From assembly GCA_964016885.1 (NCBI GenBank), contig OZ024750.1:39184001-39248000 (forward strand): a stretch of DNA of 64,000 nt, in the 5' to 3' direction. Source of the stretch: Eledone cirrhosa (taxonomy: Eukaryota). Of this stretch, positions 27,687 to 41,755 are shown piece by piece. The notes under the pieces were generated by a model. It had not been told where the DNA came from. It saw nothing but the letters and a program-made list of their open reading frames with translations, and made no database searches. Each line of letters begins with the position of its first letter. Positions within the stretch are counted from its first letter, which is position 1. The translations under genes and the position numbers were made by a program.

Positions 27687-27853
27687 CAATATATAAACTG
27701 TTTTATAAACTGTTTTATAAAACAGTTTATAATGAAATAAATATAGTTTCCATTTGTTTACTATCGTATATCTACTCCAAAATCTTGTCGAGTGCTTTAT
27801 ATCGGTTATAAAATATTTACTTGTTGTAACCCAACAATTTTAAATAAAACTTT

Positions 27854-27894
<41 letters not shown>

Positions 27895-28839
27895 AATCAT
27901 CGATTTTAATCAAGTGATAGAGATATTGTTATTCTGGTGGTTTTCTGTGCAAATTGTAAAAATAATTTAATTTCTTCACATCATAACTTTTATTTCTCAG
28001 TTCGTTTATTCTCGTTATAAAGGGAACTTGTCTCGTGTTGTAATTAAGAATCATCAAATTTCTATCAATCTATTTATCTCGTGTACAACTGTGTCTGTGT
28101 CTACCTTGTCTGTTGCCAGCCAGGTTAATTAACGAGAAGGATGGAAATCTATTTAGTGTTGCTGCACAAGGGTACCACCAACTGAAATGAGCTCACGTTT
28201 TTTACTTTCTACTTTCTACCATTTCAAAGTCTCACACAAGTCTTAGATGGTCAAGCCGGTTCTTGTCTCGCTCTGGCTATCTATTTTCAACAAGACGTGG
28301 TTCTTTGGCCTGTCTAAGTCTCGGACAGTGACAACACATTTCAACATGGAATAATGGATGTAAAATGATGATGACGGCGATAATTGTTTCTACTTTTGGC
28401 ACAAGGCCAGCAATTTGAAGCGTGTGAGGGGGTTATATCGAACCTGTTACTGGGACTTTATTTTATCGGCCTTGCAAAGATGAAAGGCAAAGCTAACCTT
28501 GGCGGGGTTTGAACTGAGAATGTAAAGAGCCGCATGTTGTTCGGTACTCTACCGATACTGCCACCCCCACACCCATGGCGACTATAATAATTGTTTCTGA
28601 TTTAGGCACAAGGCCAACAATTTGAGGGGAGGGGAAAGTCAATTAAATCGACCCAGTGCATTACTGGTACTTTATTTTATCAACCCCTGAAGGATGAAAG
28701 ACAAAACTAATCTTGGCGGGACTTGAACTGAGAACGTAAAGGGATGCCGCAAAACGTCCGATACTCTACCGATTTTACTGCCAAAGTTAAAAGAATAATT
28801 CTTAAATTCTAGGAGATATATATATATATACATATACAT

Positions 28840-29175
28840 GGAGGCACATGGCTTAGTGGTTAGAGTATTGGCCTTGCAATCAAAAGGTTGTGAGTTCAAT
28901 TCTCAGACCGGGTGATGTGTTGTTTCCTTGAGCAAGACACTTTATTTCACATTGCTCCAGTTTACTCAGCTGTAGAAATGAGATGATAGGGACTGGGGTC
29001 CCTATCATTCCACTGCAAAGTGGTCGTGGAGGTGCCACGGCAAAAAAGCACCCAGCACTAACTGTAAATGAGGTTGGTGTTAGGAAGGGCATCCAGCTGT
29101 AGAAATCAAGCCAGAATCAGTTCCCGTCCCACCCTTGCAAGCAGGGAAAAGGCGGACGTAAAATGAAATGATGAT
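28840..29175 (+). mobile_element. CORE-type SINE, tail type 2
   Basis: Near-identical to the copies at 5081 and 40691. Confidence 0.9.
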
Positions 29176-30849
29176 ATACCTACACCTACTAATGATAACA
29201 TTAACACAAGGATTAAAATATCTTTGTTATTAAAAAGCCAAGTCCTTTCCTCTGTTTTCTATGTTGGGTCGTGGCGAGTCTGAGAGACCATGTCTTTCTC
29301 ATACATCCGATATTCGAACATGGTTTCTACGACTGGATAAAGTTGTATTTCGAGTTCGTTTCAACGTTAAACAAATGTTTTCACTATATTAATAAGGCAT
29401 ACTTGAATGCCAATGAGATCGAATAAGACCGAAACATGTAGCTGTTGCCTTACTTGCTAACAAGGAACAGAATTTTCTCATACACGGAGATTTGATTTTC
29501 CGTAAAATTGATTCTTCATTGCTTGAAATTATTTCCTCCTTTTCTTATAGAGTTGCCAACAATTACCTCCAGGTTTCTGTTTACTTTCTGCAGTTAAAAG
29601 GCAAATTTTAGTTCATGAAACTGTTTTGACTCATGTCGTTTTGACATACATCGTGAGGAATCTGAATTAGATAAATGTAAGCCTAGTCAAAAATAATACG
29701 ACTGGGGCCCTTATTAAAACACCCAAGAGACCTCATAATGGCTAAATCTGGGCAGGTGTGAGCCGTAACAAAAAAAGAAAGAAAAGCCGGGCCATGAAGC
29801 TTCTCTGTGGATTCTCGATCTCTTGGCAAAAACTGGCAAATCTCCCTAAAGAATCAGAGCCTCCTTTTCTTAAAAATCTCAGACGCACTGTCTGAAAAGA
29901 TGGGATGGTCAGTGTTGGATTGTCTTTAGCCATATTTCTGTTTGCTCGTAGCTGACCCGAATCTAAACAAACACCACTCACAAAAATATGTATTTTGTTT
30001 CGTTTGTATTTGAAGTGTATAAATATATTTTTGTTTGCTTTGGATTTAGAAACTAGAAGGAAAGTCACCCAACAAATGTAGTAGAGTTTAATAATTACTA
30101 TTAAACACTAACACAACGTGGTTCATAATAAAGTGACATCGGCGAAACTTTGAACTAAACTAACACTTTGATAACTACTATATTGGCTCTATACAGTATA
30201 TGAGTCCTTAATTCAATACATGTTTAACACACACAACAAGTGTGTAGACAGATAGGTTCTGTTGTAGAGTATTCTACGGTCGTGATCGGGAGAGAATTCC
30301 ATCCCCAAAATATAAGAGAAATCTTCTGGGTGAAGTAAAAGTCTGGCGTTCAGCTTCCTAAATTTGGTTTAGGAGGGTGACATCCCTCTCTTAGGCTTTT
30401 GGATGGCTGCGAAGTTAGGTTAGGGGAGCTATGTGTATCAGGTTCCTGCTTTCAAGCAGCGATCTTTCGTTTTAAGTCTCACTTAACAATCGCAGACATT
30501 CGGCAAATTCTGCTAATTGCCGAACTTAATGAAACCGAAAGACCTTATTTAATCCGGCTTCATTTCAATTTACATTCATTTAAACCAATTACTAATAAAC
30601 CACATATACAGATCGATCAAATACCGTTCATTTTCATTTTATTGCTCGCTAATGTATGGATGTTGTTGAATTTCTGTGAGACATAAAATGAAAGAACGGC
30701 TTTTAAGCACGCTTACCATAATGTTTACAAACGGATGTTAGGAATTTAGGACACTGAACTGCGAGGACACCGAGTAGGTAGCAAATAGATGTTTATGTAT
30801 TTTTATTACGTTTACTTTCATTTTAATATTGAAGACTTTCCGGTAGTTT

Positions 30850-31660
30850 TGGTATCAGTGATCTTTGCTTATAACGTACCACATTCACTGTCAAACTGTG
30901 TAGTTTATATAACAGCGATATGTGTAGTTTATATAACAGCGATATGTGTAGTTTATATAACAGTGATATGTGTAGTTTATATAACAGCGATATGTGTAGT
31001 TTATATAACAGCGATATGTGTAGTTTATATAACAGCGATATGTGTAGTTTATATAACAGTGATATAAACTGTGTAATTTATATATCAGTGATATTTGCTT
31101 ATAACGTGCCACATTTATTGTTAAACTGTGTAGTTTATATATCAGCGATCTTTACTTATAACGTGCCACATTTATTGTTAAGCTGTGTAGTTTATATATC
31201 AGTGATATTTGCTTGTAACGTGCCACATTTATTGTTAAACTGTGTAGTTTATATATCAGTGATATTTGCTTATAACGTGCCACATTTATTGTTAAACTGT
31301 GTAGTTTATATATCAGCGATCTTTACTTATAACGTGCCACATTTATTGTTAAGCTGTGTAGTTTATATATCAGTGATATTTGCTTGTAACGTGCCACATT
31401 TATTGTTAAGCTGTGTAGTTTATATATCAGCGATCTTTACTTATAACGTGCCACATTTATTGTTAAACTGTGTAGTTTATATATCAGTGATATTTGCTTG
31501 TAACGTGCCACATTTATTGTTAAGCTGTGTAGTTTATATATCAGCGATCTTTACTTATAACGTGCCACATTTATTGTTAAACTGTGTAGTTTATATATCA
31601 GCGATCTTTACTTATAACGTACCACATTCACTGTCAAACTGTAGTTTTGGTATCAGTGTT
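30850..31660. repeat. Compound minisatellite: 24-bp units followed by 57-bp units
   Basis: tgtgtagtttatataacagcgata (about 7 copies) is a sub-part of the 57-bp unit (about 10 copies). Confidence 0.92.
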
Positions 31661-31916
31661 ATGTTCTAGTTGGCATCTGTTTGGTTTACAGTCGCGGAAG
31701 AATTTCTTTTAGACGTCGTGTTGCGGTTAACTTGTTTGTGAAGGAATATATTTTGGTGTTGTTTACCTCCCGATAGAGTCTCGTTAGAAATTGCAGTCTT
31801 GTCACATCCATCTTAATCAACAAAAATTATTGACGGCTTTATATAAAACACTAATAATCAGCAATAACAATACAAAAATAATTTTTATTCTTCCTTATTT
31901 CCACCCTTTTTTATTG

Positions 31917-31978
<62 letters not shown>

Positions 31979-32064
31979 ATTCATACGTACACATATATAT
32001 ACACACACACATATATATATACGTATTGGTTATATCGAACATTAATGATAATGTTCGATTCGTT

Positions 32065-32114
<50 letters not shown>

Positions 32115-32194
32115 AAAATGTTTAACCCCAACGGCAGAGCTCAAGCCGTTTCGACGGCTATTTCTGGACTGAAATAGCCACCGAAACGGCCTTT

Positions 32195-32508
32195 CGCGGC
32201 CCCGGATATTCGCGGATTTTCCCTTAAATTCTAAGTAATAATTGTTCGTGAAAACCACCGCATATTCGCAGAATCGTAAATATCTTCCGCGATTTTTTTT
32301 ACGTTTTTTTTTTCGTCGTGGCAATATATATATATTTAACACTAAATTATTAATAGCAATATACCGTGCTTGCCGGCTTATTAGACGCTCTCTCTTTTTT
32401 TATTATATTTTACGTTATATTTTGACGTTTATAGCCATTTTTATGGACCACATCTAATATTCGCGGCTTCTCTAGGAACGTAGCCCCCGCGAATACCGGG
32501 GTCAACTG
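32195..32508. mobile_element. Tigger-like MITE with a damaged left end
   Basis: ccccggatattcgcg ... cgcgaataccggggtcaactg. Confidence 0.5.
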
Positions 32509-33584
32509 AATATATATTAGTCTTACGTTTGTTAAACAATACAATGAAATCTTAATTGCACCTAGAAACAAGCTGACCGCATCACAGCGTCATGCTTAAA
32601 GAAATATTCTTCCGCGACCGCCAAATAACCTAAAACCAGAGACAGTTTTATTACGTGTTCGTGGCACGTTATAATTAAAGATTATAAAGATCACCTTTTG
32701 TAAATGAAACAACTACATCGTCAGGTTGTTGTTGTTGTAAAGTGTCAGATATTATGAAAATGACACCACCATTCTGTCATCTTTTATTTAAATACTAAAT
32801 TGTGAGAGGGAACTCTTTTGTGTCAATTGACGATCACATTTCACTTCCGGAACAACAAATATTAGAGTAAAAAAAATAACTCGACGTTATTATTTTTGAG
32901 ATTCATTCTTCCCGTGTTTTCTTTGTTTAAATGGTTGGATATTCCAAAATGGAAATAAATCTTAGTTTTACACACATGACTATTTATTACTTAGATCGTC
33001 TTCTCAGACTATCTTTGAGAATATTTACGTCGGCAACTTTCACTTCCTCATTTTTTAATTGGTATCAGTTTGGTGACCAGGTTTTTACAATTATTGGTAT
33101 TAGATTGGCCGAATCGTTAGAACGTCAGACAAAATGTCCCCCGGTATTTGTTCCAGTTCTCTCAGTTCTGAGTTCTAATCCAGCCGAGGTCAACTTTGCG
33201 TTTCATCGTGCCAGGCTTGATAAAATAAAGTAACAGTCAAGATGTGTTGGAGGTCGATAATAATTTGGTTACCTTTGGTAGTTTTGGGAGTATAGTTTCA
33301 CCACGGTGGTTAACACCAGGTAATATACGGGTAAAATAACCTTTTTATAAATAATATATTACCTGTCATTTTTGCAGCTGTTTCACCCTCTCCTCCCATC
33401 TGACCGTTACCTTTCAGTCCTTACAACACCACTACTGAATTGGTAATTCTAAGCTAGCAAATTTTACCTTGAAGTGATAATTCAATCACGAATAGAAGCA
33501 GCCGGAGGGTCTTTGGAGTGACATTACCTGATAAAGTGCGTAGCTCGGAGATCGGAGTCACTGCAGATAGAGCTGTCACTTCTC

Positions 33585-33900
33585 TGAATTGAGGGATCAC
33601 AGCTCTGATACTATGGGCATGTGGTTAGAATGTCTCAGGAAAGAATCACTGGAGACTCACTCTAGGTAGAGCTGCTGCTTCTCTGACTTGAGAGATCACA
33701 GCTCCGATACTATGGATATGTGGTTAGAATGTCTCAGGAAAGAATTGCTGGACAGATTTTACGGGCAAAACCAACTGGTAGAAGACCCAGGGGTAGACCC
33801 CAAAGCATGATGGTTGGATAACACCAATGAGCTTGGCTGGTCTCAGTTGGAGATGGCTGCTTCTGACGGGACCCACTGGAAGGAGGGTTTGAGACTGCCC
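33585..33900 (+). mobile_element. RTE-like C-terminal fragment with an internal duplication
   Basis: QLRYYGYVVRMSQERIAGQILRAKPTGRRPRGRP. An approximately 65-bp segment occurs twice (near 33590 and near 33690). Confidence 0.65.
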
Positions 33901-34179
33901 CACGACCCTCTTGGGTTGTAGGGGCAGTCTCTATATGTATGATTATATATATATACATATAGTGAAGGCATGTAGCTAGTGCTTAGTGTGTTGGGCTCAT
34001 CATCTTGGATCAGGTGCCCATTGTACCCTTAAGCAAGATGTTCACTTCATATTCCTTTTCATTATAGGATTGAGGTCCTTATCATTAAAACATCCAAGAA
34101 GCTTCCTATGAAATGAAACTTCATAGGAGACCTGTATGGTGTAAGCAGTAAATTTCAGTTTTTTTTTTTTATTATTTGG

Positions 34180-34690
34180 TAGTGTTGGTGTCACAATAAA
34201 ACATGTCTAGTCCATACTGTAACGTGATAGTGCTGGTGTCACGATAAAATACACCCAGTACTCACTGTAATGTGGTAGTAGTGGTGTCATGATAAAATAC
34301 ACCCAGTACACACTGTAACGTGGTAGTATTGGTGCCACAATAAAATATACCCAGTACACTCTGTAAAGTGGTAGTGCAGGTGTCACAATAAAATGCACTC
34401 AGTACACACTGTAAAGTGGTAGCGCTGGTCCCACAATAAAATACACCTAGTACACTCTGTAAAGTGGTAGTGCTGGTGCCACAATAAAATACACCCAGCT
34501 CACTCTGTAAAGTGGTAGTGCAATAAAATGCAGCCAGTACAATATGTAAAGTGTTTGGTGTTAGGATGGGCATACAACCCTAGAAACCATACTAAAATGA
34601 AACATATGAACAAGGTGTTACCATCTGATCTGTCTCATCTCAGAACATGATGACCTGCCCATGCTAGTATAACATAAAATGATGAAGATA
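34180..34690 (+). repeat. Diverged tandem array of the same RTE/SINE 3' repeat, followed by the tail
   Basis: cccagtacactctgtaaagtggtagtgctggtgccacaataaaatac units, then ggtgttaggatgggcatac. Confidence 0.75.
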
Positions 34691-35137
34691 TTGATTTTCT
34701 ATGGAGGAATTTCAATTGATTGACATCATATGAATTGATATTAAATATTTTTATTTTCAGGAATTTGACAACAGTTGGTTAATTAAAAGAAAACATCAAT
34801 TAAAAACCGAAAATTAATTAAGACATGTTGAATTTTTATTTTTAGCCTTCATTTTATATTGCTGTATATTCAATACTGTTGTGTATATAATACAGCTGTA
34901 TATATTACTGATGTGTATATATACATTCAGTGCAGATATTGGTGTGTATATACTGTTATACATTCAGTGCAGTTATTTTTGTATATATATATATATATAT
35001 TAGAAAGTGAGGTTTTTTTTACAAAATGAAAAATAACCGAGGTGTCCTACACGAGTGGAAGTATAAAGAAAAAGGGATGAAATCGAAAATGCAACTGAAG
35101 TCTTATTTTTTTTAAAAATATATATATTTATTTGGTT

Positions 35138-35175
35138 CCTTTACCGGTTTCGCAGTTCTTCTGCTTTTCAAAAGG
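35138..35175 (-). ncRNA. U3:A8 variant minimal hammerhead, left arm of palindrome
   Basis: CCTT TTGAAAA GCAG aagaa CTGC GAAA CCGG TA AAGG. Confidence 0.7.
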
Positions 35176-35245
35176 TGAGTTGAGATGGAGGGTCTGTGGT
35201 TTTTCTCAGATGTGAGAAAAACCACAGACCCTCCATCTCAACTCA

Positions 35246-35283
35246 CCTTTTGAAAAGCAGAAGAACTGCGAAACCGGTAAAGG
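35246..35283 (+). ncRNA. U3:A8 variant minimal hammerhead, right arm of palindrome
   Basis: Identical motif on the + strand. Confidence 0.7.
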
Positions 35284-35353
35284 AACCAAATAAATATATA
35301 TATTTTTTTTAAAAAATAAGACTTCAGTTGCATTTTCGATTTCATCCCTTTTT

Positions 35354-35399
<46 letters not shown>

Positions 35400-35401
<2 letters not shown>

Positions 35402-38400
35402 TTTCAGTACAGTAGTGTATATGATGTTAGACATTAGACATTCAATATTGGGTATATATTACTGTTGTGTATATACATTCAATACAGTTGTGTATATACT
35501 GTTAGACATTCAGTACAGTTGTATATATAATGTTATACATTCAATACAGTTGTATATAATGCTGTTGTGTATATATACATTCAGTACAGTTGTATATATT
35601 ATTCTACATCCAATACAGTGGTATATATTATTCTACATCCAATACAGTTGTATATATTATTCTACATCCAATACAGTTGTATATATTATTCTACATTCAA
35701 TACAGTGGTATATATTATTCTACATCCAGTACAGTTAGTTGTATATATTATTCTACATTCAGTACAGTGGTATATATTATTGTACATCCAATACAGTGGT
35801 ATATATTATTCTACGTTCAGCACAGTGGTATATATTATTCTACATCCAGTACAGTTAGTTGTATATATTATTCTACATTCAATACAGTGGTATATATTAT
35901 TGTACATCCAATACAGTGGTATATATTATTGTACATCCAATACAGTGGTATATATTATTCTACGTTCAGCACAGTGGTATATATTATTCTACATCCAGTA
36001 CAGTTGTATATATTATTCTACATTCAGCACAGTGGTATATATTATTCTACATCCAGTACAGTTGTATATATTATTCTACATTCAGTACAGTGGTATATAT
36101 TATTGTACATCCAATACAGTGGTATATATTATTCTACGTTCAGCACAGTGGTATATATTATTCTACATCCAGTACAGTTGTATATATTATTCTACATTCA
36201 GTACAGTGGTATATATTATTGTACATCCAATACAGTGGTATATATTATTCTACATCCAGTACAGTGGTATATATTATTCTACATTCAGTACAGTGGTATA
36301 TATTATTCTACATTCAGTACAGTGGTATATATTATTCTACATCCAGTACAGTTGTATATATTATTCTACATCCAATACAGTGGTATATATTATTCTACAT
36401 CCAATACAGTTGTATATATTATTCTACATCCAATACAGTGGTATATATACTACATTCAGTACAGTGGTATATATTATACTACATTCAGTACAGTGGTATA
36501 TATTATTCTACATCCAATACAGTGGTATATATTATTCTACATTCAGTACAGTGGTATATATTATTCTACATCCAGTACAGTTGTATATATTATTCTACAT
36601 CCAGTACAGTTAGTTGTATATATTATTCTACATTCAGTACAGTGGTATATATTATTCTACATCCAATACAGTGGTATATATATTATTGTACATCCAATAC
36701 AGTGGTATATATTATTCTACATCCAGTACAGTGGTATATATTATTCTACATCCAATACAGTGGTATATATTATTCTACATCCAATACAGTGGTATATATT
36801 ATTCTACATCCAATACAGTGGTATATATTATTCTACATCCAATACAGTGGTATATATTATTCTACATCCAGTACAGTGGTATATATTATTCTACATCCAA
36901 TACAGTGGTATATATTATTCTACATCCAATACAGTTGTATATATTATTCTACATCCAATACAGTGGTATATATTATTGTACATCCAATACAGTGGTATAT
37001 ATATTATTGTACATCCAGTACAGTGGTATATATTATTCTACATCCAATACAGTGGTATATATTATTCTACATCCAGTACAGTGGTATATATTATTCTACA
37101 TCCAATACAGTGGTATATATTATTCTACATCCAGTACAGTGGTATATATTATTCTACATCCAATACAGTGGTATATATTATTCTACATCCAATACAGTTG
37201 TATATATTATTCTACATCCAATACAGTGGTATATATTATTGTACATCCAATACAGTGGTATATATATTATTGTACATCCAGTACAGTGGTATATATTATT
37301 CTACATCCAATACAGTGGTATATATTATTCTACATCCAATACAGTGGTATATATTATTCTACATCCAGTACAGTGGTATATATTATTCTACATCCAATAC
37401 AGTGGTATATATTATTCTACATCCAATACAGTTGTATATATTATTCTACATCCAATACAGTGGTATATATTATTGTACATCCAATACAGTGGTATATATA
37501 TTATTGTACATCCAGTACAGTGGTATATATTATTGTACATCCAATACAGTTGTATATATTATTCTACATCCAATACAGTGGTATATATTATTCTACATCC
37601 AATACAGTGGTATATATTATTCTACATCCAATACAGTTGTATATATTATTGTACATCCAGTACAGTGGTATATATTATTCTACATCCAGTGCAGTGGTAT
37701 ATATTATTCTACATCCAATACAGTGGTATATATTATTCTACATCCAATACAGTGGTATATATATTATTGTACATCCAGTATAGTTGTATATATTATTCTA
37801 CATCCAATACAGTGGTATATATTATTCTACATCCAGTATAGTGGTATATATTATTCTACATCCAGTACAGTGGTATATATTATTCTACATCCAATACAGT
37901 GGTATATATTATTCTACATCCAATACAGTGGTATATATTATTGTACATCCAGTACAGTGGTATATAGTATTCTACATCCAATACAGTGGTATATATTATT
38001 CTACATCCAGTATAGTGGTATATATTATTCTACATCCAGTACAGTGGTATATATTATTCTACATCCAATACAGTGGTATATATTATTCTACATCCAATAC
38101 AGTGGTATATATTATTCTACATCCAGTACAGTGGTATATATTATTCTACATCCAATACAGTGGTATATATTATTCTACATCCAATACAGTGGTATATATT
38201 ATTCTACATCCAGTACAGTGGTATATATATTATTCTACATCCAGTACAGTGGTATATATTATTGTACATCCAATACAGTGGTATATATTATTGTACATCC
38301 AGTATAGTGGTATATATATTATTCTACATCCAGTACAGTGGTATATATTATTGTACATCCAGTATAGTGGTATATATATTATTCTACATCCAGTACAGTG

Positions 38401-38448
38401 GTATATATATTATTCTACATCCAGTACAGTGGTATATATTATTCTACA
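35400..38448. repeat. 29-bp satellite (about 100 copies)
   Basis: Unit tacagtggtatatattattctacatccaa, with degenerate copies extending leftwards. Confidence 0.95.
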
Positions 38449-38574
38449 CATAACGTTAAAAAAAAGTTCTTACATAAATGTATGATGGAAGGTTTTTAGA
38501 ATAAACAGCTTTGTATCATAGAACCCTGCTGATTTCTGGTGGTTTGATATTAAAAGGCTCTCAACAATCTGTAC

Positions 38575-40200
38575 ATCATCATCTTCATCATCATCATTTT
38601 ACATTTGATTTTCTATGATTGGGTCTTTTCCAGCACGGCTTTCCTTGACTTATTGCATTTGTTCTTCATCATCTTTTTGAGATCAGCTCTTACCACCTTT
38701 GCCTAGGTCATCCTTGGTCTTCTATCTACTACAGTTTCCTTCCACTGGGATTTCTTGGCACTTCATTCAACAACCATCATCCACATGTACCACATGCCAT
38801 ACCAGCATCTGATGCACCCTACATCTGATACCTCTTATACCTAGTTTTTCTCTCAGCTCATCCATGCTTCATCATTCATGCACATTCACATGCTTGCTTC
38901 ATTTCTCTCCAGCCTTTGTATATCCTCTACATTCACTGCCCATGGCACACAGCTGGGTTTTTGATTGTAAAGAGAAGCCTTTTGTTGTCAACAAAGGTAG
39001 TCATTCTCTGAACTTTTTCCATCCTATTCTTCTAATTACTATGCAGTCTGAACAACCTCCTCCACTGCTAATTAGGTCACACAGGTAGCAGAAGCTATCA
39101 ACCACTCCTATAGATCCTTCCTGGTATTGGAAAAAGTTTATTTTGCCGATGTTTTTACGACTAACTATCCCTGTACATCTACATGATACAAAGTCTACCT
39201 TTTCTGTTAATCTGTCTATCCCACTACACCTCTTCTGTACCCAAAATCTACCCTGTGTACATTGTATCGAGTTTATACCTACTCTTTTTCTACATATCAA
39301 GTAAGGCCATTTCCCTTATGAGACCAGAGTCCTGTCTTATTTTGGTTTTTGCCAAGTTTACTGTAAGCCCTTTTGATTTTAGGTTCTGTTTCCACAGCTG
39401 GAATTATTTCTCTAGCTCTTCCACTGATTCAGCTTCAAGAACCAGCTCAGTATACAGGAATTGTCATGGCTAACCAATCTTAAACTCCTCTGTTACAGCC
39501 TGGAGGTGCCCAGCCCACACTGTAAAGTGCTCGGAGTCGTGACAAAAAGCACCTAGTCCACACTGTAAATGTGGTTGGTGCTAGGAAGGGCATCCAGCTG
39601 TAGAATCCAAGCCAAAATCGGTTCTGTATGAACAGGGCATGGTCACCTGACCTAATATTGCCCAACACAGGATAACTCATCTAACCCATGCCAGCGTGGA
39701 AAAATGGACAGTAAACAGTGATGATGATGAAATGTGGACTGAGACCTGATGAAATCTTGTCTACACATTGAATTCCTTACTAAACTCATTACCTACCCTT
39801 ATTTTACAAATAGCTCATCTGAGTATGGCTTGCACTGCTCTCACAGGCCAGTCTTCTATACTTTGTTTCCTTAAGGACCACCAGATGACAGATTGTGGTA
39901 CTCTTGTCAGAAGATTTTTCCAGATCAATGAAAGCAAAATATAATTGTTTCTACTTTAGGCACAAGGCCAGCAATTACCCAGTGCGTTACTGGTACTTTA
40001 TTTCATCGACCCCGTAAGGATGAAAGGCAAAGTCAACCTCGGCGGGATTTGAACTCATGAATGAAAGCAAAATATAATGGCTTACACTTAGCTAGGAACT
40101 TCTTGTAGTTGTCTCACTAAGAAGAGGGCATCTGTGGGGCTCCTCCCTCACACAAAACTGAATTGCATATCATCTAGTTTGACCCTTTTCTCCTATTTAG
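38575..40200 (-). mobile_element. Decayed RTE LINE fragment interrupted by SINE/LINE-tail insertions
   Basis: CRKRVGINSIQCTQGRFWVQKRCSG...VVDSFCYLCDLISSGGGCS is homologous to the intact RTE. A (GAT)n tail lies at about 38575. Confidence 0.8.
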
Positions 40201-40289
40201 TTGAGCTAAAACTTGTTCTTGTCATTTTCATAAATTGGCTCCCTACCATTAACTTTTTATTTAATTTATATATTTTATTTATTTTACAG

Positions 40290-40435
40290 ATTTTACAGAA
40301 GTTTCTAGACAAACACAACGACAGCTATGAAGAATATGTTTTCTCCCTTTGTATTTTCCTCTGCCACTATGCTGCCAGTTATGGAGAGCTTGCAGTTTAT
40401 GAATCAAAAGAAAAAATTTGTCAGCAACTATTCAG
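40290..40435 (+). CDS. ZNF292-like: RLF/ZNF292/ZNF654-family gene, first visible coding exon (upstream exon not found)
   Basis: ttttacag acceptor and AG|gtaaat donor. Encodes ILQKFLDKHNDSYEEYVFSLCIFLCHYAASYGELAVYESKEKICQQLF. Its phase-2 end matches the next exon. Confidence 0.75.
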
Positions 40436-40690
40436 GTAAATATTTTGCATTTATCTCATAAGATTCTGTAGTGCATGAAACTGTAATAGCAAAACATTCT
40501 CGAAAAGTATAAAACAGCACTATGACGATATCACATTGAGAGTTAAAGTTTTTAGTCTAATTATGCAAATGTTTACAATGATCTGTCCTCTATTAACGAT
40601 ACTGTAAACATTTGAATTTTAACAAGCTTGTTTTTAGACATTTTCTGCTAAATCATTACAAAATGTTAAGAGTTAAGTCTTTTTAATATA

Positions 40691-41041
40691 CTGGCACATA
40701 GCTTAGTGGTTAGAGCATTGGCCTTGCAATCGAAAGGTTGTGAGTTCAATTCTCAGACTGGGTGATGTGTTGTTTCCTTGAGCAAGACACTTTATTTCAC
40801 ATTGCTCCAGTTTACTCAGCTGTAGAAATGAGATGATAGGGACTGGGGTCCCTATCATTCCACTGTAAAGTGGTTGTGGAGGTGCCACGGCAAAAAAGCA
40901 CCCAGCACTCACTGTAAAATGAGGTTGGTGTTAGGAAGGGCATCCAGCTGTAGAAATCAAGCCAGAATCAGTTCCCGTCCCACCCTTGCAAGCAGGGAAA
41001 AAGCGGACGTCAAAAATGATGATGATGATGATGATGATGAT
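40691..41041 (+). mobile_element. CORE-type SINE, tail type 2, intronic
   Basis: Head, CORE region and (GAT)n tail all present. Confidence 0.9.
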
Positions 41042-41124
41042 TCTAATGTAGTGTTGCCAGCATTGCCAATAAAACATCTATAGTAACCACTGTGTGGTCA
41101 TGAGGAAATTTATTTTGAAGCAAC

Positions 41125-41755
41125 ACTGCATGGGTGCACAGTTGCACAGGTGCTGTATTGGTGCCACACATCAGTGTTGCTGTATTAGTTCCACACACAT
41201 CAGAGTGTCGCCATGCATGGGTGCACAGGTGCTGTATTGGTGCCACACACATCAGTGTCGCTGTATTAGTGCCACACATATCAGTGTCGCCATGCATGGG
41301 TGCACAGGTGCTGTATTGGTGCCACATGCATCAGTGTCGCCATGCATGGGGGCACAGGTGCTGTATTGGTGCCACACACATCAAAGTGTCGCCATGCTTA
41401 GGGGCACAGGTGCTGTATTGGTGCCACACACATCAAAGTGTCGCCATGCTTAGGGGCACAGGTGCTGTATTGGTGCCACACACATCAAAGTGTCGCCATG
41501 CTTAGGGGCACAGGTGCTGTATTGGTGCCACACACATCAAAGTGTCGCCATGCTTAGGGGCACAGGTGCTGTATTGGTGCCACACACATCAAAGTGTCGC
41601 CATGCTTAGGGGCACAGGTGCTGTATTGGTGCCACACACATCAAAGTGTCGCCGTGCTTGGGGGCACAGGTGCTGTATTGGTGCCGCACACATCAGTGTC
41701 GCCATGCATCGGTGCACAATTGCACAGATGCTGTATTGATGTCACACACATCAAA
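41125..41755. repeat. 52-bp minisatellite
   Basis: Unit ggggcacaggtgctgtattggtgccacacacatcaaagtgtcgccatgctta. Confidence 0.92.

Larger units (their letters stand above)
35062..35360. repeat. Near-perfect palindrome of about 300 bp
   Basis: Arms of about 145 bp centred at ttctcagatgtgagaa (about 35210), with (TA)n next to the right end. Confidence 0.95.

Noticed and set aside
29405-29445. Hammerhead-like ccaatga gatc..gacc GAAA CATG TA (also cagatga aatatcc..ggatat at about 52534)
   Set aside because: Cores too degenerate to call. They may be fossils.
30660-34790. First coding exon or promoter of the ZNF292-like gene (donor-like site about 30777, CACTTCCGG about 32842, acceptor-like site about 34760)
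   Set aside because: No open, phase-0-compatible exon with family similarity could be identified by eye.
35328-38485. Long ORFs up to 905 aa in all three + frames
   Set aside because: Translations of a 29-bp satellite that has few stops on this strand.
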